Shown here: positions 1 to 10,724 of the stretch, one piece after another | Position numbering within the stretch: position 1 is the first letter of the stretch | Layout of the letters: the number at the start of each line of letters is the position of its first letter | Virus record (IMG/VR): IMGVR_UViG_3300044252_000013 | Location: 1 to 57,500 of that record | Source of the DNA: a virus | Lineage: Duplodnaviria; Caudoviricetes | Strand: one strand, 5' to 3' | DNA length: 57,500 nt | The notes under the pieces: model-generated | The model's database searches: none | Seen by the model: only the letters and a program-made list of their open reading frames with translations | Told to the model about the DNA's origin: nothing | Position numbers and translations under genes: made by a program

Positions 1-127
1 GGTCCAAGCGGGGCAAACGCCCCGGCGGGCACGGGTGGTCAGCAGGCGTCACGACCGGGCGCGGACGGGCAGTCAGGTACCACGGACGGCGGTCCCGCCG
101 GGGCGCAGGCTCCGGTTTCGGGCACGG
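1..127. repeat. Terminal direct repeat copy 1 (assembly overlap of a circular contig)
   Basis: 1-127 identical to 57374-57500 (ggtccaagcggggcaaacg...ccggtttcgggcacgg). Confidence 0.95.
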
Positions 128-1293
128 GCGCGGGCGCGGGCGTCCCCGGCAGCGGCAGCGCCAGCCCCGGCGGCTCAGGCGGCATCACCGCCCCGGCAGG
201 CACGCCCATCGCCAAGAAGGGACTGGCAACGATCACGACTTCGACCGGGAAGAAGTTTCAAGTCGATGAGCGGTTCAAGGCGAACTTCCAAGGCTTCATC
301 AACGACTACGAGAAGGCGGGCGGCAATCTCGGACCCGACACCGGGACGCTGGGCGTTCGTCCTCACAACGCATCGGGTCATCCGATTGGCGCGGCCATCG
401 ATATCAATCAGATTGGCTACGGCGTTCGCAGCAAGGAGGGTCGCGGCAAGACCATCGACCGGCAGACCGAAAACGAACTCGCCAAGAAGTGGGGACTGGT
501 CAGCGGCGACAACTGGCGCAGGAAAGACACCGGGCACTTCGGCGTCGAAAGCCCCGCGAAGGCACGGCAGGCGTTGATCGACAACGGCGTGCCGCCGGAT
601 GAGGCGACGGCAATCGCCAACTCGAAGTCACCGAATGGTCAAGCACCGGCTGGCGCTCCATCTGGCGCGCAGGCTCCGGGGGCACCGCCCAACGGTCAGG
701 GCGCGCAGACGCCATACGCCAAGGCGCGTCAGGCCGCTGTCGATGCTGGCATCAAGGACCCCGACACCGCAGCGGCGATTGCGATGTACGAAAGCGGCAA
801 CATGCGCCGTGGTAAGGGCGGCATCTTCGACCGCTCAGGCGGCACCAATCCGTTCGGGCAGACTGGCGTCGGCTCGCAGGGGTCCATCATCGGCGCTGAC
901 GGACAGAAGCACAAAGTCTACGGCTCGCTGGCTGAGGGCTTCCAAGATCACGCGAAGCGCTGGGGCGGTCGCTACGGAGCCACGCCTGAGGAGACGACGA
1001 AGAACCTTGTCGCGGGCGGCTACAACACCGTCAACCCGGCGTGGTCAGCGAACGTCTTGAAGATCAGGCAGCGCGAGATGGCGAAGTTGGCGCAGGCAAC
1101 ACCGACCAGCCGCATCGACAGCCAAGTCGCGACTGCCGCGCCGAGCGGTCAGGTCAACGTCACGGTCAACTCCAATGGCACCAAGGCAGATGCCGATGCA
1201 AAGACCGATGGTGATCTCTTCCAGAAGCCTCAGGTGAAGCAGCACCGGCAGATGCAGAAGACTGAAGACGGCGGGGGGAGCCTCAGCATATGA
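1..1293 (+). CDS. Tape measure protein, C-terminal part (continues from 55973 across the join), with M15-like peptidase and lysozyme/glucosaminidase-like domains
   Basis: Frame 1 open from base 1 to 1293 and in frame with the 55973 ATG; motifs SGHPIGAAIDIN...WGLVSGDNW..KDTGHF (M15 SxHxxGxAxD) and AIAMYESG...NPFG...GYNT. Confidence 0.85.
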   Translation, partial: GPSGANAPAGTGGQQASRPGADGQSGTTDGGPAGAQAPVSGTGAGAGVPGSGSASPGGSGGITAPAGTPIAKKGLATITTSTGKKFQVDERFKANFQGFINDYEKAGGNLGPDTGTLGVRPHNASGHPIGAAIDINQIGYGVRSKEGRGKTIDRQTENELAKKWGLVSGDNWRRKDTGHFGVESPAKARQALIDNGVPPDEATAIANSKSPNGQAPAGAPSGAQAPGAPPNGQGAQTPYAKARQAAVDAGIKDPDTAAAIAMYESGNMRRGKGGIFDRSGGTNPFGQTGVGSQGSIIGADGQKHKVYGSLAEGFQDHAKRWGGRYGATPEETTKNLVAGGYNTVNPAWSANVLKIRQREMAKLAQATPTSRIDSQVATAAPSGQVNVTVNSNGTKADADAKTDGDLFQKPQVKQHRQMQKTEDGGGSLSI

Positions 1294-1940
1294 GCATCAA
1301 GACCAAGCATCCAAACCCGTGGCGCGACAAGTATCAGGAAGCTGCATTTCGCGGCGTGATGTTTTTCGTGGAGACCGACGCGCGGCAGGGCGGTCGGCGC
1401 GTGGCGATGCACGAATATCCGAAGCGCAACACTCCCTACGCCGAGGACATGGGTCGCAAGGCAAAACGGTTTCTGGTGCAGGGCTATCTGATCGGAAAGA
1501 ACTATCTGGAGCAGAAGTATCGGCTGATCGACGCGCTGGAGAAGGACGGTCCCGGCATGCTCAGGCTGCCGCTGCCGTACCAGATGAGCGACGAGAAGGT
1601 GATGGTGATGGCGTACACCGTCACCGAGGCGCGTGAGCGCGGCGGCTACTGCCAAGTCGAGATGGACTTCATCGAATATGGAGACCCGCAGTACCGTCAG
1701 GCGGTTTCAACGACCAGCCAAATTGAGGACAAAGCCTTCGCGCTTGAGGATCAGATGATCGGGCCACCGGCTGGTCAACTGACCGACAAGGGCATCGAAC
1801 GCATGCTGGGCTACGCGCTGGTTCACAGGAGCGCGGATGCCGGTGATCGCGCGGCCAATCTCAGTACAACGATCAAGCAGAACATGGCGCACGGCAACTT
1901 CGCCTTCCAGTCGAACCTTGGTGTGGGGATTATAAATTGA
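1290..1940 (+). CDS. Mu-like DNA circularization protein, N-terminal domain
   Basis: WRDKYQEAAFRGVMFFVE...GGRRVAMHEYPKRNTPYAEDMGRK; follows the tape measure. Confidence 0.9.
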   Translation: MSIKTKHPNPWRDKYQEAAFRGVMFFVETDARQGGRRVAMHEYPKRNTPYAEDMGRKAKRFLVQGYLIGKNYLEQKYRLIDALEKDGPGMLRLPLPYQMSDEKVMVMAYTVTEARERGGYCQVEMDFIEYGDPQYRQAVSTTSQIEDKAFALEDQMIGPPAGQLTDKGIERMLGYALVHRSADAGDRAANLSTTIKQNMAHGNFAFQSNLGVGIIN

Positions 1941-2605
1941 CCGGCGATGAAGCAAACGAGGTTCTCGGTATCGTCCAGCGCATCGGGCCGGTGGTGCTGT
2001 CGGCTGCGGTCAGCCCGACCGGCAAGGTCGGCACCGCGCTGCGTCGGGCGGTCGGCATGATGATCGCTGACCGCAACATGGTTGATCTGCAAACCTTCTG
2101 CTTCGCCTTCAACGTCTGCGTTGATCTTGCGAGGCATTGCTCAGCCACGCTGGTGACGATGGACCGGGTCAGGAAAGCCGCGCTGGCAGAGAAGCCGGTC
2201 AGCCTTCCGGCGGTGGAAACGGTGTTGGCAATCGTCAGGATGACGCTGGCGACGGAAGCGCGCATCGTTGCCTACATGGGCTTCCGCTCGCGCGAACAGG
2301 TCGATGAGATTGCCGAGCAGATGAATGCCGCCTTCAGCCAGACGGCTGAGGTCGCTGCCGATGATCTCGACGCCGCAATCTACCGGGCGATCATTTCATT
2401 GCACGGTGATGTCGTCAAACACCTCGCGGTGCAGGGGCGTCAGCTTCCTCGCGTGATCAACTACAACTACGCAGTCACGATGCCGTCGCTGCGGATGGCT
2501 CAGCGCGCCTACGCTGACCCGAGGCGGCACGTTGATCTGATCAACGAGAACCACGTTGTACATCCCGCTTTCATGCCCCGCGAGGGCAAGATGCTGGCGG
2601 TGTAG
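1937..2605 (+). CDS. Mu-like DNA circularization protein, C-terminal part (separate gene)
   Basis: LPRVINY...PSLRMAQRAYAD..R..DLINENHVVHPAFMP resembles the C-terminus of this family. Confidence 0.75.
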   Translation: MTGDEANEVLGIVQRIGPVVLSAAVSPTGKVGTALRRAVGMMIADRNMVDLQTFCFAFNVCVDLARHCSATLVTMDRVRKAALAEKPVSLPAVETVLAIVRMTLATEARIVAYMGFRSREQVDEIAEQMNAAFSQTAEVAADDLDAAIYRAIISLHGDVVKHLAVQGRQLPRVINYNYAVTMPSLRMAQRAYADPRRHVDLINENHVVHPAFMPREGKMLAV

Positions 2606-2606
2606 C

Positions 2607-3890
2607 ATGGCTGACGATTTCACCGTTGAACTGCCTGAACAGGTCACCGAGCTTGCAGCGGAGTTGCGCGACCGCCCGATCAACCGTCCCGCGACCGAGA
2701 GGGGCGAGGATGGCTCGCCGCTTTATCCGAGGATGCAGGACGCCAACAAAGAGCAGGCGATGCTCGAAGTGCGCGGGCAGTTCTTCACCAACTGGACGAG
2801 TGTCAGGGTCGAGCAGAAGTGGACCGAGGCTTTCCCGACCTTCTCGTTCGAATGCACCGAGCAGGTCGATGTGCCGCTGAGCGTTCAGGGCTTGCAGTTC
2901 GTGCCGGGTGATGTCGTCAGGGTGCTGCTTGGCGGCTCGCCTGCGGTGTTCGGCTACATCACCGAGCGGCATGTCGGCTACGACGCCCAGCAGCACGGCG
3001 TCAGGCTGATCGGATGCGGTGACACTTCTGATCTGGTGAACTCGTCGGTGCCGCTCGACAAACTGGATGGTCACGATGGAAAGTCGGTCGCGCAACTTGC
3101 CAAGGACCTGTCGGCGCATCTCAACATTCAAGTTCACGAGCGTGGCAGCGTTGACAGCACGCCATTCGAAAACATTCAGGTTCTCCCCGGCGAGACGCCG
3201 ATGCAGGCTATCGAACGCTACGCCAAGATGCGGGGCGTCCTGATCGGCTCAGAAGCGAATGGCGGGCTGCTGCTGGTCGGGGAGAACGGCGTCACCACCA
3301 AGGGCTGGCTTGTCGAGGGCATCAACATCCTTCGCGCCAACGCGGTCGTGCGTGATCCGAATATCTACAAGCAGATTTTCGCGACCGGCCAGAACAAGGG
3401 AAGCAACGCCGAGAACGGTGACTTCGCGAACAAGCAGATTGCGCGGCGTCTTGGGTCCTCGACCAGAGACAGGCACATGGTCGTCGTCGCTGACGTTGCC
3501 GACAAGCAGCACGGCATTGAGCGGCGCGCCGACATGGAGTTCGTTTTCACCGAGGGCAGCGAGCATGAAGCGCACATCACAGTGCAGGGCTGGTTCAAGG
3601 ACGCGAACGTCAGCGACGATATCTGGCGCGCGGGCGAGTACTACGCGGTCACATCGCCGTCGCTGATCCTGCAAGACGAAGTGATGGGCTGCGCCGGGTG
3701 CGTCTACGAGCAGAACTCAAGTGGCACCACGACTACACTTCAGATGGTCAAGCCCATCCACATGAACGGGCGCTTCAACTACCGCAAGGAAGCGATGATC
3801 TTCGAGGCTCAGAAGAGACAGGAAACGAAGGACAAGGCGGCGGCGGCAACGATTGATGCGATAGCCAAGGCGGGCAGGGACCAGCAATGA
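2607..3890 (+). CDS. Mu gpP/gp44-like baseplate hub protein
   Basis: FTNWTSVRV, GYITERHVGYD, GCGDTSDLVNSS, PGETPMQAIERYA, EGINILRA; synteny. Confidence 0.85.
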   Translation: MADDFTVELPEQVTELAAELRDRPINRPATERGEDGSPLYPRMQDANKEQAMLEVRGQFFTNWTSVRVEQKWTEAFPTFSFECTEQVDVPLSVQGLQFVPGDVVRVLLGGSPAVFGYITERHVGYDAQQHGVRLIGCGDTSDLVNSSVPLDKLDGHDGKSVAQLAKDLSAHLNIQVHERGSVDSTPFENIQVLPGETPMQAIERYAKMRGVLIGSEANGGLLLVGENGVTTKGWLVEGINILRANAVVRDPNIYKQIFATGQNKGSNAENGDFANKQIARRLGSSTRDRHMVVVADVADKQHGIERRADMEFVFTEGSEHEAHITVQGWFKDANVSDDIWRAGEYYAVTSPSLILQDEVMGCAGCVYEQNSSGTTTTLQMVKPIHMNGRFNYRKEAMIFEAQKRQETKDKAAAATIDAIAKAGRDQQ

Positions 3891-4885
3891 ACAGGAACAG
3901 CCTACTGGAAACGGCGGGACGCACGATGCACCAGATTGTTCGGCTGACGCTGAACAAGGGCAACGACAATCCGATGATGCAGGAAATGTCGTTCGACGGC
4001 ATGGTCAAGGAAGGCCGCAAGATTGTCGAGCGCATGCAGAACTTCGGCATGTCGATGGTGCCGATGCCGCGCGATGAGGATCAGAAGGGCGATGCTGGCG
4101 GTGGCGGCATGGCGAACATCAAGGGCAAGGCTGCCGAGGGCATCGCGGTGTTTCTCGGCGGTCAGCGCAATCACCCGGTGGTGATCGGCGTCGATGACCG
4201 CAGGCATCGTCCGATGGGCATGAAGCCGGGTGAGAGCTTCCAGTACGACCATCAGGGGCAGGGCACGCTGATCCGCAACGCAGCGACCTACATCATGTCG
4301 CTGGATGACAATGGCGACGGTCAGGCTCCCGGCGGCAAGATGCTGCGTGACGCTGAGGGGCGCGAGACGGGCAAGAGCGAGAAGAAGGAGCGCTTCGTCT
4401 CCATCCGGCACGTCGAGAAGAAGAAGCAGGACCGAGAGAAGGGCGGCACGCCCGAGAAGAATTTGCAGACGTGGATTGACGCGGGCTGGGACTACGACCG
4501 CGCCTCAGCCGATGAGCGCGCCGAGAAGGCGAGCGCGCCCAACCATGAGGACTACAAGCACGAAGGCGACAGCGTAAACAACGAGATGAAGGTCTCGAAG
4601 AAGCGCATCGAGTTCAGCAGCGGCGGGAAGGTCGTCGGCTATTACGAGAGCGGCAAGTGGGTGTTCATCGGTGAGGTCAGGCTGGGCAGCGAGGATGCGG
4701 ATCATCCGGTCTACGGCGTCAACGGTGGCAAGGGCATGACCACCGAGACGAGCGGCGCGGGCGCGGTGCTGGTGAAGGCACCGAAGCCGGGTCCGCCGAC
4801 CTCACTGGACACGCGACCGTTCGAAGACCGCATCGCCGCGCTCGAAGCGCGCATCGTAGAACTGGAGATGCGCCATGCGGGGTGA
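3887..4885 (+). CDS. Mu gp45-like baseplate spike/assembly protein
   Basis: VERMQNFGMSMVP...VFLGGQRNHPVVIGVDDRRHRP.GMKPGESFQYD. Confidence 0.85.
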   Translation: MNRNSLLETAGRTMHQIVRLTLNKGNDNPMMQEMSFDGMVKEGRKIVERMQNFGMSMVPMPRDEDQKGDAGGGGMANIKGKAAEGIAVFLGGQRNHPVVIGVDDRRHRPMGMKPGESFQYDHQGQGTLIRNAATYIMSLDDNGDGQAPGGKMLRDAEGRETGKSEKKERFVSIRHVEKKKQDREKGGTPEKNLQTWIDAGWDYDRASADERAEKASAPNHEDYKHEGDSVNNEMKVSKKRIEFSSGGKVVGYYESGKWVFIGEVRLGSEDADHPVYGVNGGKGMTTETSGAGAVLVKAPKPGPPTSLDTRPFEDRIAALEARIVELEMRHAG

Positions 4886-5381
4886 CGTCCGTTTTCTCCA
4901 GCAACTCGACTTCCCGGCTTATGCCGTCCAACTCGACTGGCTCATGAACGACATGAACCTGATCGAAGATGGATTTGATTTGCAGTCGGCGGTGATCGTC
5001 GCGCTGGGCACCAACTCGCTCGCGCCGCCCGATGAGCCGCTGCCCGACCCTGACGCGACCGACCGCGCCGGGTGGTGGGGCGACACCGACGCTCAGGAGC
5101 TATGGGATGGCTGGCCGGTCGGATGCCTGCTCTGGCTGCTGCGCCGCGCCAAGATCACCGGGTTGGGAGCCAGCGGCGGCTCGACGCTGTCACGCGCTGA
5201 CGGATGGACGCGAGATGCGATGCGCCCGTTCATCGAGAACCGCATCGCCACCCGCATTGACGTGGTTGCTGATCGGGTGGACATCGACCGCATCGACGTT
5301 GCGGTCACGATTTATCGCGGACCAGACCCAGCGATTGAACTGCGCTATGCAGACCTCTGGGACGAATTGGGGAGAGGCTGA
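4875..5381 (+). CDS. Mu gp46-like baseplate protein
   Basis: DLQSAVIVAL...DRAGWWGD...GCLLWLLRRAK. Confidence 0.9.
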   Translation: MRGDVRFLQQLDFPAYAVQLDWLMNDMNLIEDGFDLQSAVIVALGTNSLAPPDEPLPDPDATDRAGWWGDTDAQELWDGWPVGCLLWLLRRAKITGLGASGGSTLSRADGWTRDAMRPFIENRIATRIDVVADRVDIDRIDVAVTIYRGPDPAIELRYADLWDELGRG

Positions 5382-6454
5382 TGCCTTGGATCACGCCGAC
5401 GCTGAAGGAGACGCGCAAGCTGACGCGGGACTACGTCCTGAGCCAACTCGGCGCGAAGGCCATGATCCCCAACTCGGTGCTGCGCATCATGAGCGACAGC
5501 ATGTCAGGGCTGGCGCATCTGACGATGCTCTATCTCGATTGGCTGGCGAAGCAGTTGCTGCCCGACACCGCCGAGCGCGAATGGCTCGACCGCCACGGCA
5601 ATATCTGGCTGGTCAACGCTGACGGCTCGAAGGGGCGCAAGGCAGCGACCTACGCCAACGGCACCGTGCAGTTCGAAGGCACCGACGATGTGATCATTCC
5701 GATTGGCACGCTGCTGACCGGCTCGCAGGGCGTGCAGTATCAGACCGTCACCGAGGCGGTGATCGCCTCAGGTGGTCTGGGGACTTCGCAGGCGGTCGCG
5801 CTGACCGCAGGCGTGGTCGGAAATCTGCCTGACGGCACCAGCGTCTCTCCGGTGCAGCCGATTGTCGGAGTGACAGGCGCGTTCCTGCTGGGCGACATGA
5901 GCGGCGGCGTTGATCAGGAAAGCGACGACCAGCTTCGCGAGCGCATTCTTTTCCGCATTCAAAACCCGCCGATGGGTGGAAGTCAGGCCGACTACATTCG
6001 CTGGGCGATGGCGGTGCCGGGTGTCACCCGCGCGTGGGCCGAGCAGGAGATTGGACCCGGCACGATGACCGTGCGCTTCCTGATGGACGATATGTATCCC
6101 GACAATTACGGGCTACCAACGCCTGCCGACATCACCGAGGTGTCGAACTACATCGACAGCAAGCGACCCGTCACGGTCAAGGACTGCTTCGTGATGGCTC
6201 CCATCCTGTTCTTCTATGACATCACCATCCGCAACCTCACCGTCGATGATCCGACCGTGCGCGGGCGCATCGAAGATCAGATTGAAGCACTGGAGTTGCG
6301 GCGTTCGAAGCCGGGGCAGACTTGGTATCGCTCATGGGTCGATGAAGCGATCAGCCAAGCGGTCGGTGAGGAGACGCACGAACTCGACTACGAGACGACC
6401 GAGATGCCGTCAGCGGCGTACATGCCAACACTTGGGACTGTACTTTATGCCTGA
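5381..6454 (+). CDS. Baseplate J / Mu gp47-like wedge protein
   Basis: QLLPDTAEREWLDRHG, GGVDQESDDQLRERIL...PPMGGSQADYIRWAMAVPGVTRAW. Confidence 0.93.
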   Translation: MPWITPTLKETRKLTRDYVLSQLGAKAMIPNSVLRIMSDSMSGLAHLTMLYLDWLAKQLLPDTAEREWLDRHGNIWLVNADGSKGRKAATYANGTVQFEGTDDVIIPIGTLLTGSQGVQYQTVTEAVIASGGLGTSQAVALTAGVVGNLPDGTSVSPVQPIVGVTGAFLLGDMSGGVDQESDDQLRERILFRIQNPPMGGSQADYIRWAMAVPGVTRAWAEQEIGPGTMTVRFLMDDMYPDNYGLPTPADITEVSNYIDSKRPVTVKDCFVMAPILFFYDITIRNLTVDDPTVRGRIEDQIEALELRRSKPGQTWYRSWVDEAISQAVGEETHELDYETTEMPSAAYMPTLGTVLYA

Positions 6455-7247
6455 GCCAGACAAGCACGTCACCAGAACGGGTGAGGACTACGCGGTCGCA
6501 CTGGAAGGATTGCTGCCGCAAGGGCAGGCGTGGCCGCGTCACGAAGAGAGCGCGCTGATGCGCGTGGTCAAAGGGCTGACCCGCATCTGGGGCGACTTCG
6601 AAGTGATGGCTTCGCTGCTGCTGGAGCGCGAGAGCGACCCGCGCCTGACGCTGCCGCCGCAGGGACCTCAGTCGGGGCTGCTGCCAGACTGGGAGCGCAA
6701 CTGGGGTCTGCCTGATCCTTGCTATGAGGAGCCGCAGACGGTGCCCGAGCGGCAGGCGGCGCTGGTTCAGCGCATGACGATCATCGGCGCGCAGTCGCGG
6801 GAGTTCTTCATCGGCATCGCTGCGGAGCTTGGCTATACGATCACGATCACGGAGTACCGCCCGTTCTTCATCGCGATGGATGGCTGCGGTGATTGCCGCG
6901 TCTACGGCGCGGGCGTCACGCCCGATGCGCCGATGCGCAATCAGTGGGGCCAACTGATCATGGACGCGAACGGCGATGCGCCGATCAAGAGCGGCGAGAT
7001 TTCAGAGTGGCCCAACTACGGCATCGGGCCTCTCGCCAATCGCTACTACTGGACGGTCCATGTCCACGACGCGAAGCTCACATGGTTTCGCGTCACGGCA
7101 GGACAGGTCGGTGTTGATCCGCACCTTCGCATCGGCACCGCTGACGACCTTGAATGCCTGCTCAACAGGTGGAAGCCCGCGCACACCGAAATCATCTTCG
7201 ACTACTCCGGTCAGGAGACCGGCGGCGATATGGCCGGGACACCTTAG
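6447..7247 (+). CDS. Mu gp48/YmfQ-like baseplate protein
   Basis: LLPQGQAWP, LLPDWERNWGLPDPC, LECLLNRWKPAHT; start taken at ATG 6447. Confidence 0.9.
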   Translation: MPEPDKHVTRTGEDYAVALEGLLPQGQAWPRHEESALMRVVKGLTRIWGDFEVMASLLLERESDPRLTLPPQGPQSGLLPDWERNWGLPDPCYEEPQTVPERQAALVQRMTIIGAQSREFFIGIAAELGYTITITEYRPFFIAMDGCGDCRVYGAGVTPDAPMRNQWGQLIMDANGDAPIKSGEISEWPNYGIGPLANRYYWTVHVHDAKLTWFRVTAGQVGVDPHLRIGTADDLECLLNRWKPAHTEIIFDYSGQETGGDMAGTP

Positions 7248-7261
7248 AAAGGAAGCAAGTC

Positions 7262-8293
7262 ATGAAGTACAACGCGCCCTACGGCGTCAGCGACCCGAAC
7301 GCTCCGTATCAAAACGGAAACCCATCGACCGGCACGATGGGAAGCATCCCGCCCGCGTGGAGCATCGAACACGACCAGCGCGAAATCGTGAACGTGATCC
7401 AGTACGCAGCGGATCACGGGCTGATCGATTTCAACAACGCGATTTGTCAAAACCCGAGCGAGCTTGATCTCCAGCAGTTGCTCAAGGCCATCTTCGGTCT
7501 GAGCAATCGCCAGCGCGTGATCATCCCGTTCACGTTCTACGTCAACAGCGCGACCGGCGTGGATACCAACGATGGTCTGACGCCGACCGCCCCGCTCAAG
7601 ACCATCACCAAGGCTGTCCAGTTGGCGAGCCTGTACGCGCCGGGACCGAATGCGATCACGATCAAGGTCGCGGCGGGCAGCTATGTCGGCTTCACCCTCC
7701 CGTTCTATTCCATCCCGCAAGTCATTCTTGAGGGCGACACCAACACGCCGACATCGGTCGTGATCGACGGCGGCACGACATGGGCGGCGGGCTGCGGCTC
7801 GTACAACACGCTGACGGTTCGCTATGTGAAGTTGCAGGCGACGGGCGGTCAGCACATCGGGCCGGGATCAAGCGGCGTTGTCGCCTTCCAGTACGCGACG
7901 ATCAACATCGGCCCCGGAGTGTACTTCGGAAAGTGCGACCTCTCGCTGATCAACTCCGGTGGTCAGATCAACGTGCAGTCGCCATTCCATTCCAGCGGAA
8001 GCGCGTGCGACTTCTTCCTGTACTCGGCAGGCGGCTCCATCCTGTGCGGCTATCTCAATCAGGGTCTTGAGCTTTACATCGACGCTCCAATCGCCTGTCA
8101 GGTGTTCGCTCTCGCGATGGGCACCGACGCCGTGATCGGCACGTCGGGCGTGATCTTCAACGGCGCGTCTGGCGTCACCGGCCAGCGATACAATTGCAAC
8201 TACGGCGGCTGGATAGACACCAACGTCGGCGGGCCAAACTACTTTCCCGGCAACGCCGCTGGCACAGTGCTCAATGGAGGTATCTACCGATGA
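7262..8293 (+). CDS. Tail fibre/spike protein
   Basis: N-terminal attachment motif NGNPSTGTMGSIPPA..IE..QREIVNVI; YVNSATGVDTNDGL; Gly-rich C-terminus. Confidence 0.8.
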   Translation: MKYNAPYGVSDPNAPYQNGNPSTGTMGSIPPAWSIEHDQREIVNVIQYAADHGLIDFNNAICQNPSELDLQQLLKAIFGLSNRQRVIIPFTFYVNSATGVDTNDGLTPTAPLKTITKAVQLASLYAPGPNAITIKVAAGSYVGFTLPFYSIPQVILEGDTNTPTSVVIDGGTTWAAGCGSYNTLTVRYVKLQATGGQHIGPGSSGVVAFQYATINIGPGVYFGKCDLSLINSGGQINVQSPFHSSGSACDFFLYSAGGSILCGYLNQGLELYIDAPIACQVFALAMGTDAVIGTSGVIFNGASGVTGQRYNCNYGGWIDTNVGGPNYFPGNAAGTVLNGGIYR

Positions 8294-8874
8294 CCGAAGA
8301 AATCATGACGCTGCCCGCAGGGGCAATGGGGCGGATCAATCCGCCGCTGCACTACTGGCTCGCGGACGACGACCGGGTCTACTCAGGTCCGACCCAGAGC
8401 ATCATCACCGCTGCGGACCCGACCTACGCGGCGTGGGCGGCGGCGGGCAACGTTGCCGTGCGCTGGCCGGTGGACGAAGCCGGGGCGCAGACCGATGCCA
8501 TCCTCGCGGAGACCATTGCGCCGCACGGGCTTTCGATCACGCCCGCACTGGCGCTGATGCGCTACTCGGCAGAGCGCCGCTTCGCAAAGGAAGTCGAGGG
8601 CATCGACTTCAACGGCAAGAAGGTCAGCACCGACCGCGAGACGCAGTCGCGGGTGACCGTCGCGCTCGCCTACGCTCAGCAGGAGCCGGATGGCGTCATC
8701 CAGTGGAAGACGAAGGATGGCGAGTTTGTTGAGTTGGACTTGCAGGACATCGCATCGCTGGCGAAATCCATCGGCGCGCATGTCGAGGACCTGTGGGCGA
8801 AGGAGGCCGCAGTCGCCAAGAAGATCAGCAGCGGCGCAATCACAACGAAGAAGCAGATTGACGCGGAGTTCTAG
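8290..8874 (+). CDS. DUF4376-like tail fibre-associated protein
   Basis: RRFAKEVEGI...STDRETQSRV...QWKTKDGEFVELD. Confidence 0.75.
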   Translation: MTEEIMTLPAGAMGRINPPLHYWLADDDRVYSGPTQSIITAADPTYAAWAAAGNVAVRWPVDEAGAQTDAILAETIAPHGLSITPALALMRYSAERRFAKEVEGIDFNGKKVSTDRETQSRVTVALAYAQQEPDGVIQWKTKDGEFVELDLQDIASLAKSIGAHVEDLWAKEAAVAKKISSGAITTKKQIDAEF

Positions 8875-8877
8875 TCG

Positions 8878-9222
8878 ATGACCACCGTGAACATCACCGT
8901 GACCAACGACGCCGATTTTTATCGGACGTTTCAGTACATCACCATTGCCGGTGAGCCGATCAACATTTCTGGCGGCGAGATGGAGATGATGTTTCGCCGT
9001 CACGCGAGGGACAAGGCGGCGGTGCTTCGCATCGGCACCGACACCGGGGAAATTGTACTTGTTGATCCGGTCAACGGTCTGTTCACGATCAAGATCAAGC
9101 AGGACACGCTGGAGCAACTTGGGCTGGGCGACTTCGATCAGTCGAACATCCTCACGCGCAACGGCAACAAGGTCCGCATCTGGTCTGGCGTGCTGACCAA
9201 CAACGCGGGGCCGACGCGATGA
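8878..9222 (+). CDS. BppU-like fibre adaptor protein
   Basis: NDADFYRTF...PINISG...[15 protein letters not shown]; lies before the fibre genes. Confidence 0.55.
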   Translation: MTTVNITVTNDADFYRTFQYITIAGEPINISGGEMEMMFRRHARDKAAVLRIGTDTGEIVLVDPVNGLFTIKIKQDTLEQLGLGDFDQSNILTRNGNKVRIWSGVLTNNAGPTR

Positions 9223-10724
9223 ATGAAGTCACAGTCGTCATCGAAGACAACGTCCAGATTGAAGGCACCGATCAGGACAACGATACGGTTGTGATCGCTT
9301 CGCTCGTCGGTCCTCCGGGTCCTCCGGGTCCGATGGGTCCTCAGGGTCCGCAAGGTCCGCAGGGTCCGACCGGCCTCAAAGGTGACACGGGTCCGATGGG
9401 TCCGCAGGGTCTGGTCGGTCCTCAGGGTCCGCAAGGCGTTCAGGGCGTCAAGGGCGACACCGGGGCGCAGGGTCCTCAGGGCGTGAAGGGCGACACCGGC
9501 CTGACGGGTCCGCAAGGCATCCAAGGTCCGCAAGGTATCAAAGGCGACACCGGCTTGCAGGGACCACCGGGTCCGGTGCCCGAAGCGCCTGTTGATACAC
9601 AAATCTATGGACGCAGCGATGCAACGTGGAAGCTGCTCGTCCCGGCTACACCGTTCGACGTGATGGCCTACTCAGGCTTGCAACTCAACGGCTCGTTCGA
9701 CATCAGTCAGGAGAAGTTGAACCAAGGCGCAGCGAACGGCGGCAACGTCTGCGACGGATGGGTGATGCAGAAGGTCGGCACGTCGGTTGTCGGCTGCGCG
9801 CAGATCAACGGCATCTTCAATCCGCTTGGAATGCCGAACGGATGCTGGACTAACACGGTCACGCCGCAACCGACGATACTCGCTGGCGACTTCGTTGCGC
9901 TGTGCCAGCACGTCGAAGGCTCCAAGATTGTGCGGCTCGCGTGGGGCACTCTCAATGCTCAGCCGTTGACGATAGCGTTCTGGTCCTCGCACACCCGACC
10001 GGGCACGTACTCCGTCGTCGTTCGCAACACCGGCACCAATGGTTATCGGTCCTATGCGACGACCTACACGCAGAACGCTGGCGGCGCGAACGAATACAAG
10101 GTCGTCACCATTCCCGGCTGCACCGATGGAACGTGGCCAGCGAGCGACATCATCGGCCTCTCCGTGTTCTTCACGGTAGCTTGCGGCGCGACCTACACCG
10201 CGCCAGTGGCAAACGCTTGGCAGAGCGGCAACTACCTTGGCGCACCGGGGCAAGTGAACTGCGTAGCTACGACCAACGACAAGCTACAAATCGGCGGCGT
10301 CTTGTTTTTGCCGGGCACCGCCGCGCCTTCGGCTGCGGTCGCTCCGCGCGTGCTGCGGACGCCACATCAGGAATTGCCGCTCTGCCAGCGCTACTTCTGG
10401 AAATCATTTCCAATTGACATGGCACCAGCGTGGGCGTCGGCAGGCGCTGGAGTTCTCTACGCATCAAGCATCGGCCACTCAGGTTTCGGCACGCCTCTTC
10501 ATGCGTTCTTCCCGGTGGTGATGCGGACAATCCCGACCATCACCACCTTCAATCCGGCCAACGGAAACAATCTGGTGCGCAACGCCGCGCTTGGTGCCGA
10601 CTGTCAGTACGTCGGAGCTTCGGCTGTTTCGCAGCGCGGCTTCAGCGTCGTCGCGTCAGGAACGAACACGGAGTACATCTCGCACGGACTACAAGTTCAC
10701 GCCACCGCAGACGCGAGGCTCTGA
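9219..10724 (+). CDS. Collagen-repeat tail fibre / receptor-binding protein 1
   Basis: Long Gly-X-Y tract (GPQ/GDT), carbohydrate-binding-like domain, ELPLCQRYF motif. Confidence 0.8.
   Translation: MNEVTVVIEDNVQIEGTDQDNDTVVIASLVGPPGPPGPMGPQGPQGPQGPTGLKGDTGPMGPQGLVGPQGPQGVQGVKGDTGAQGPQGVKGDTGLTGPQGIQGPQGIKGDTGLQGPPGPVPEAPVDTQIYGRSDATWKLLVPATPFDVMAYSGLQLNGSFDISQEKLNQGAANGGNVCDGWVMQKVGTSVVGCAQINGIFNPLGMPNGCWTNTVTPQPTILAGDFVALCQHVEGSKIVRLAWGTLNAQPLTIAFWSSHTRPGTYSVVVRNTGTNGYRSYATTYTQNAGGANEYKVVTIPGCTDGTWPASDIIGLSVFFTVACGATYTAPVANAWQSGNYLGAPGQVNCVATTNDKLQIGGVLFLPGTAAPSAAVAPRVLRTPHQELPLCQRYFWKSFPIDMAPAWASAGAGVLYASSIGHSGFGTPLHAFFPVVMRTIPTITTFNPANGNNLVRNAALGADCQYVGASAVSQRGFSVVASGTNTEYISHGLQVHATADARL
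9309..9575 (+). repeat. Collagen-encoding 9-nt degenerate tandem repeat (ggtccgcag/ggtcctcag)
   Basis: Repeated GGT CCG/CCT CAG units and three to four KGDTG units. Confidence 0.85.

Noticed and set aside
1290-7247. Transposable Mu-like phage
   Set aside because: Only the tail is Mu-like; there is no MuA/MuB and packaging is lambda-type
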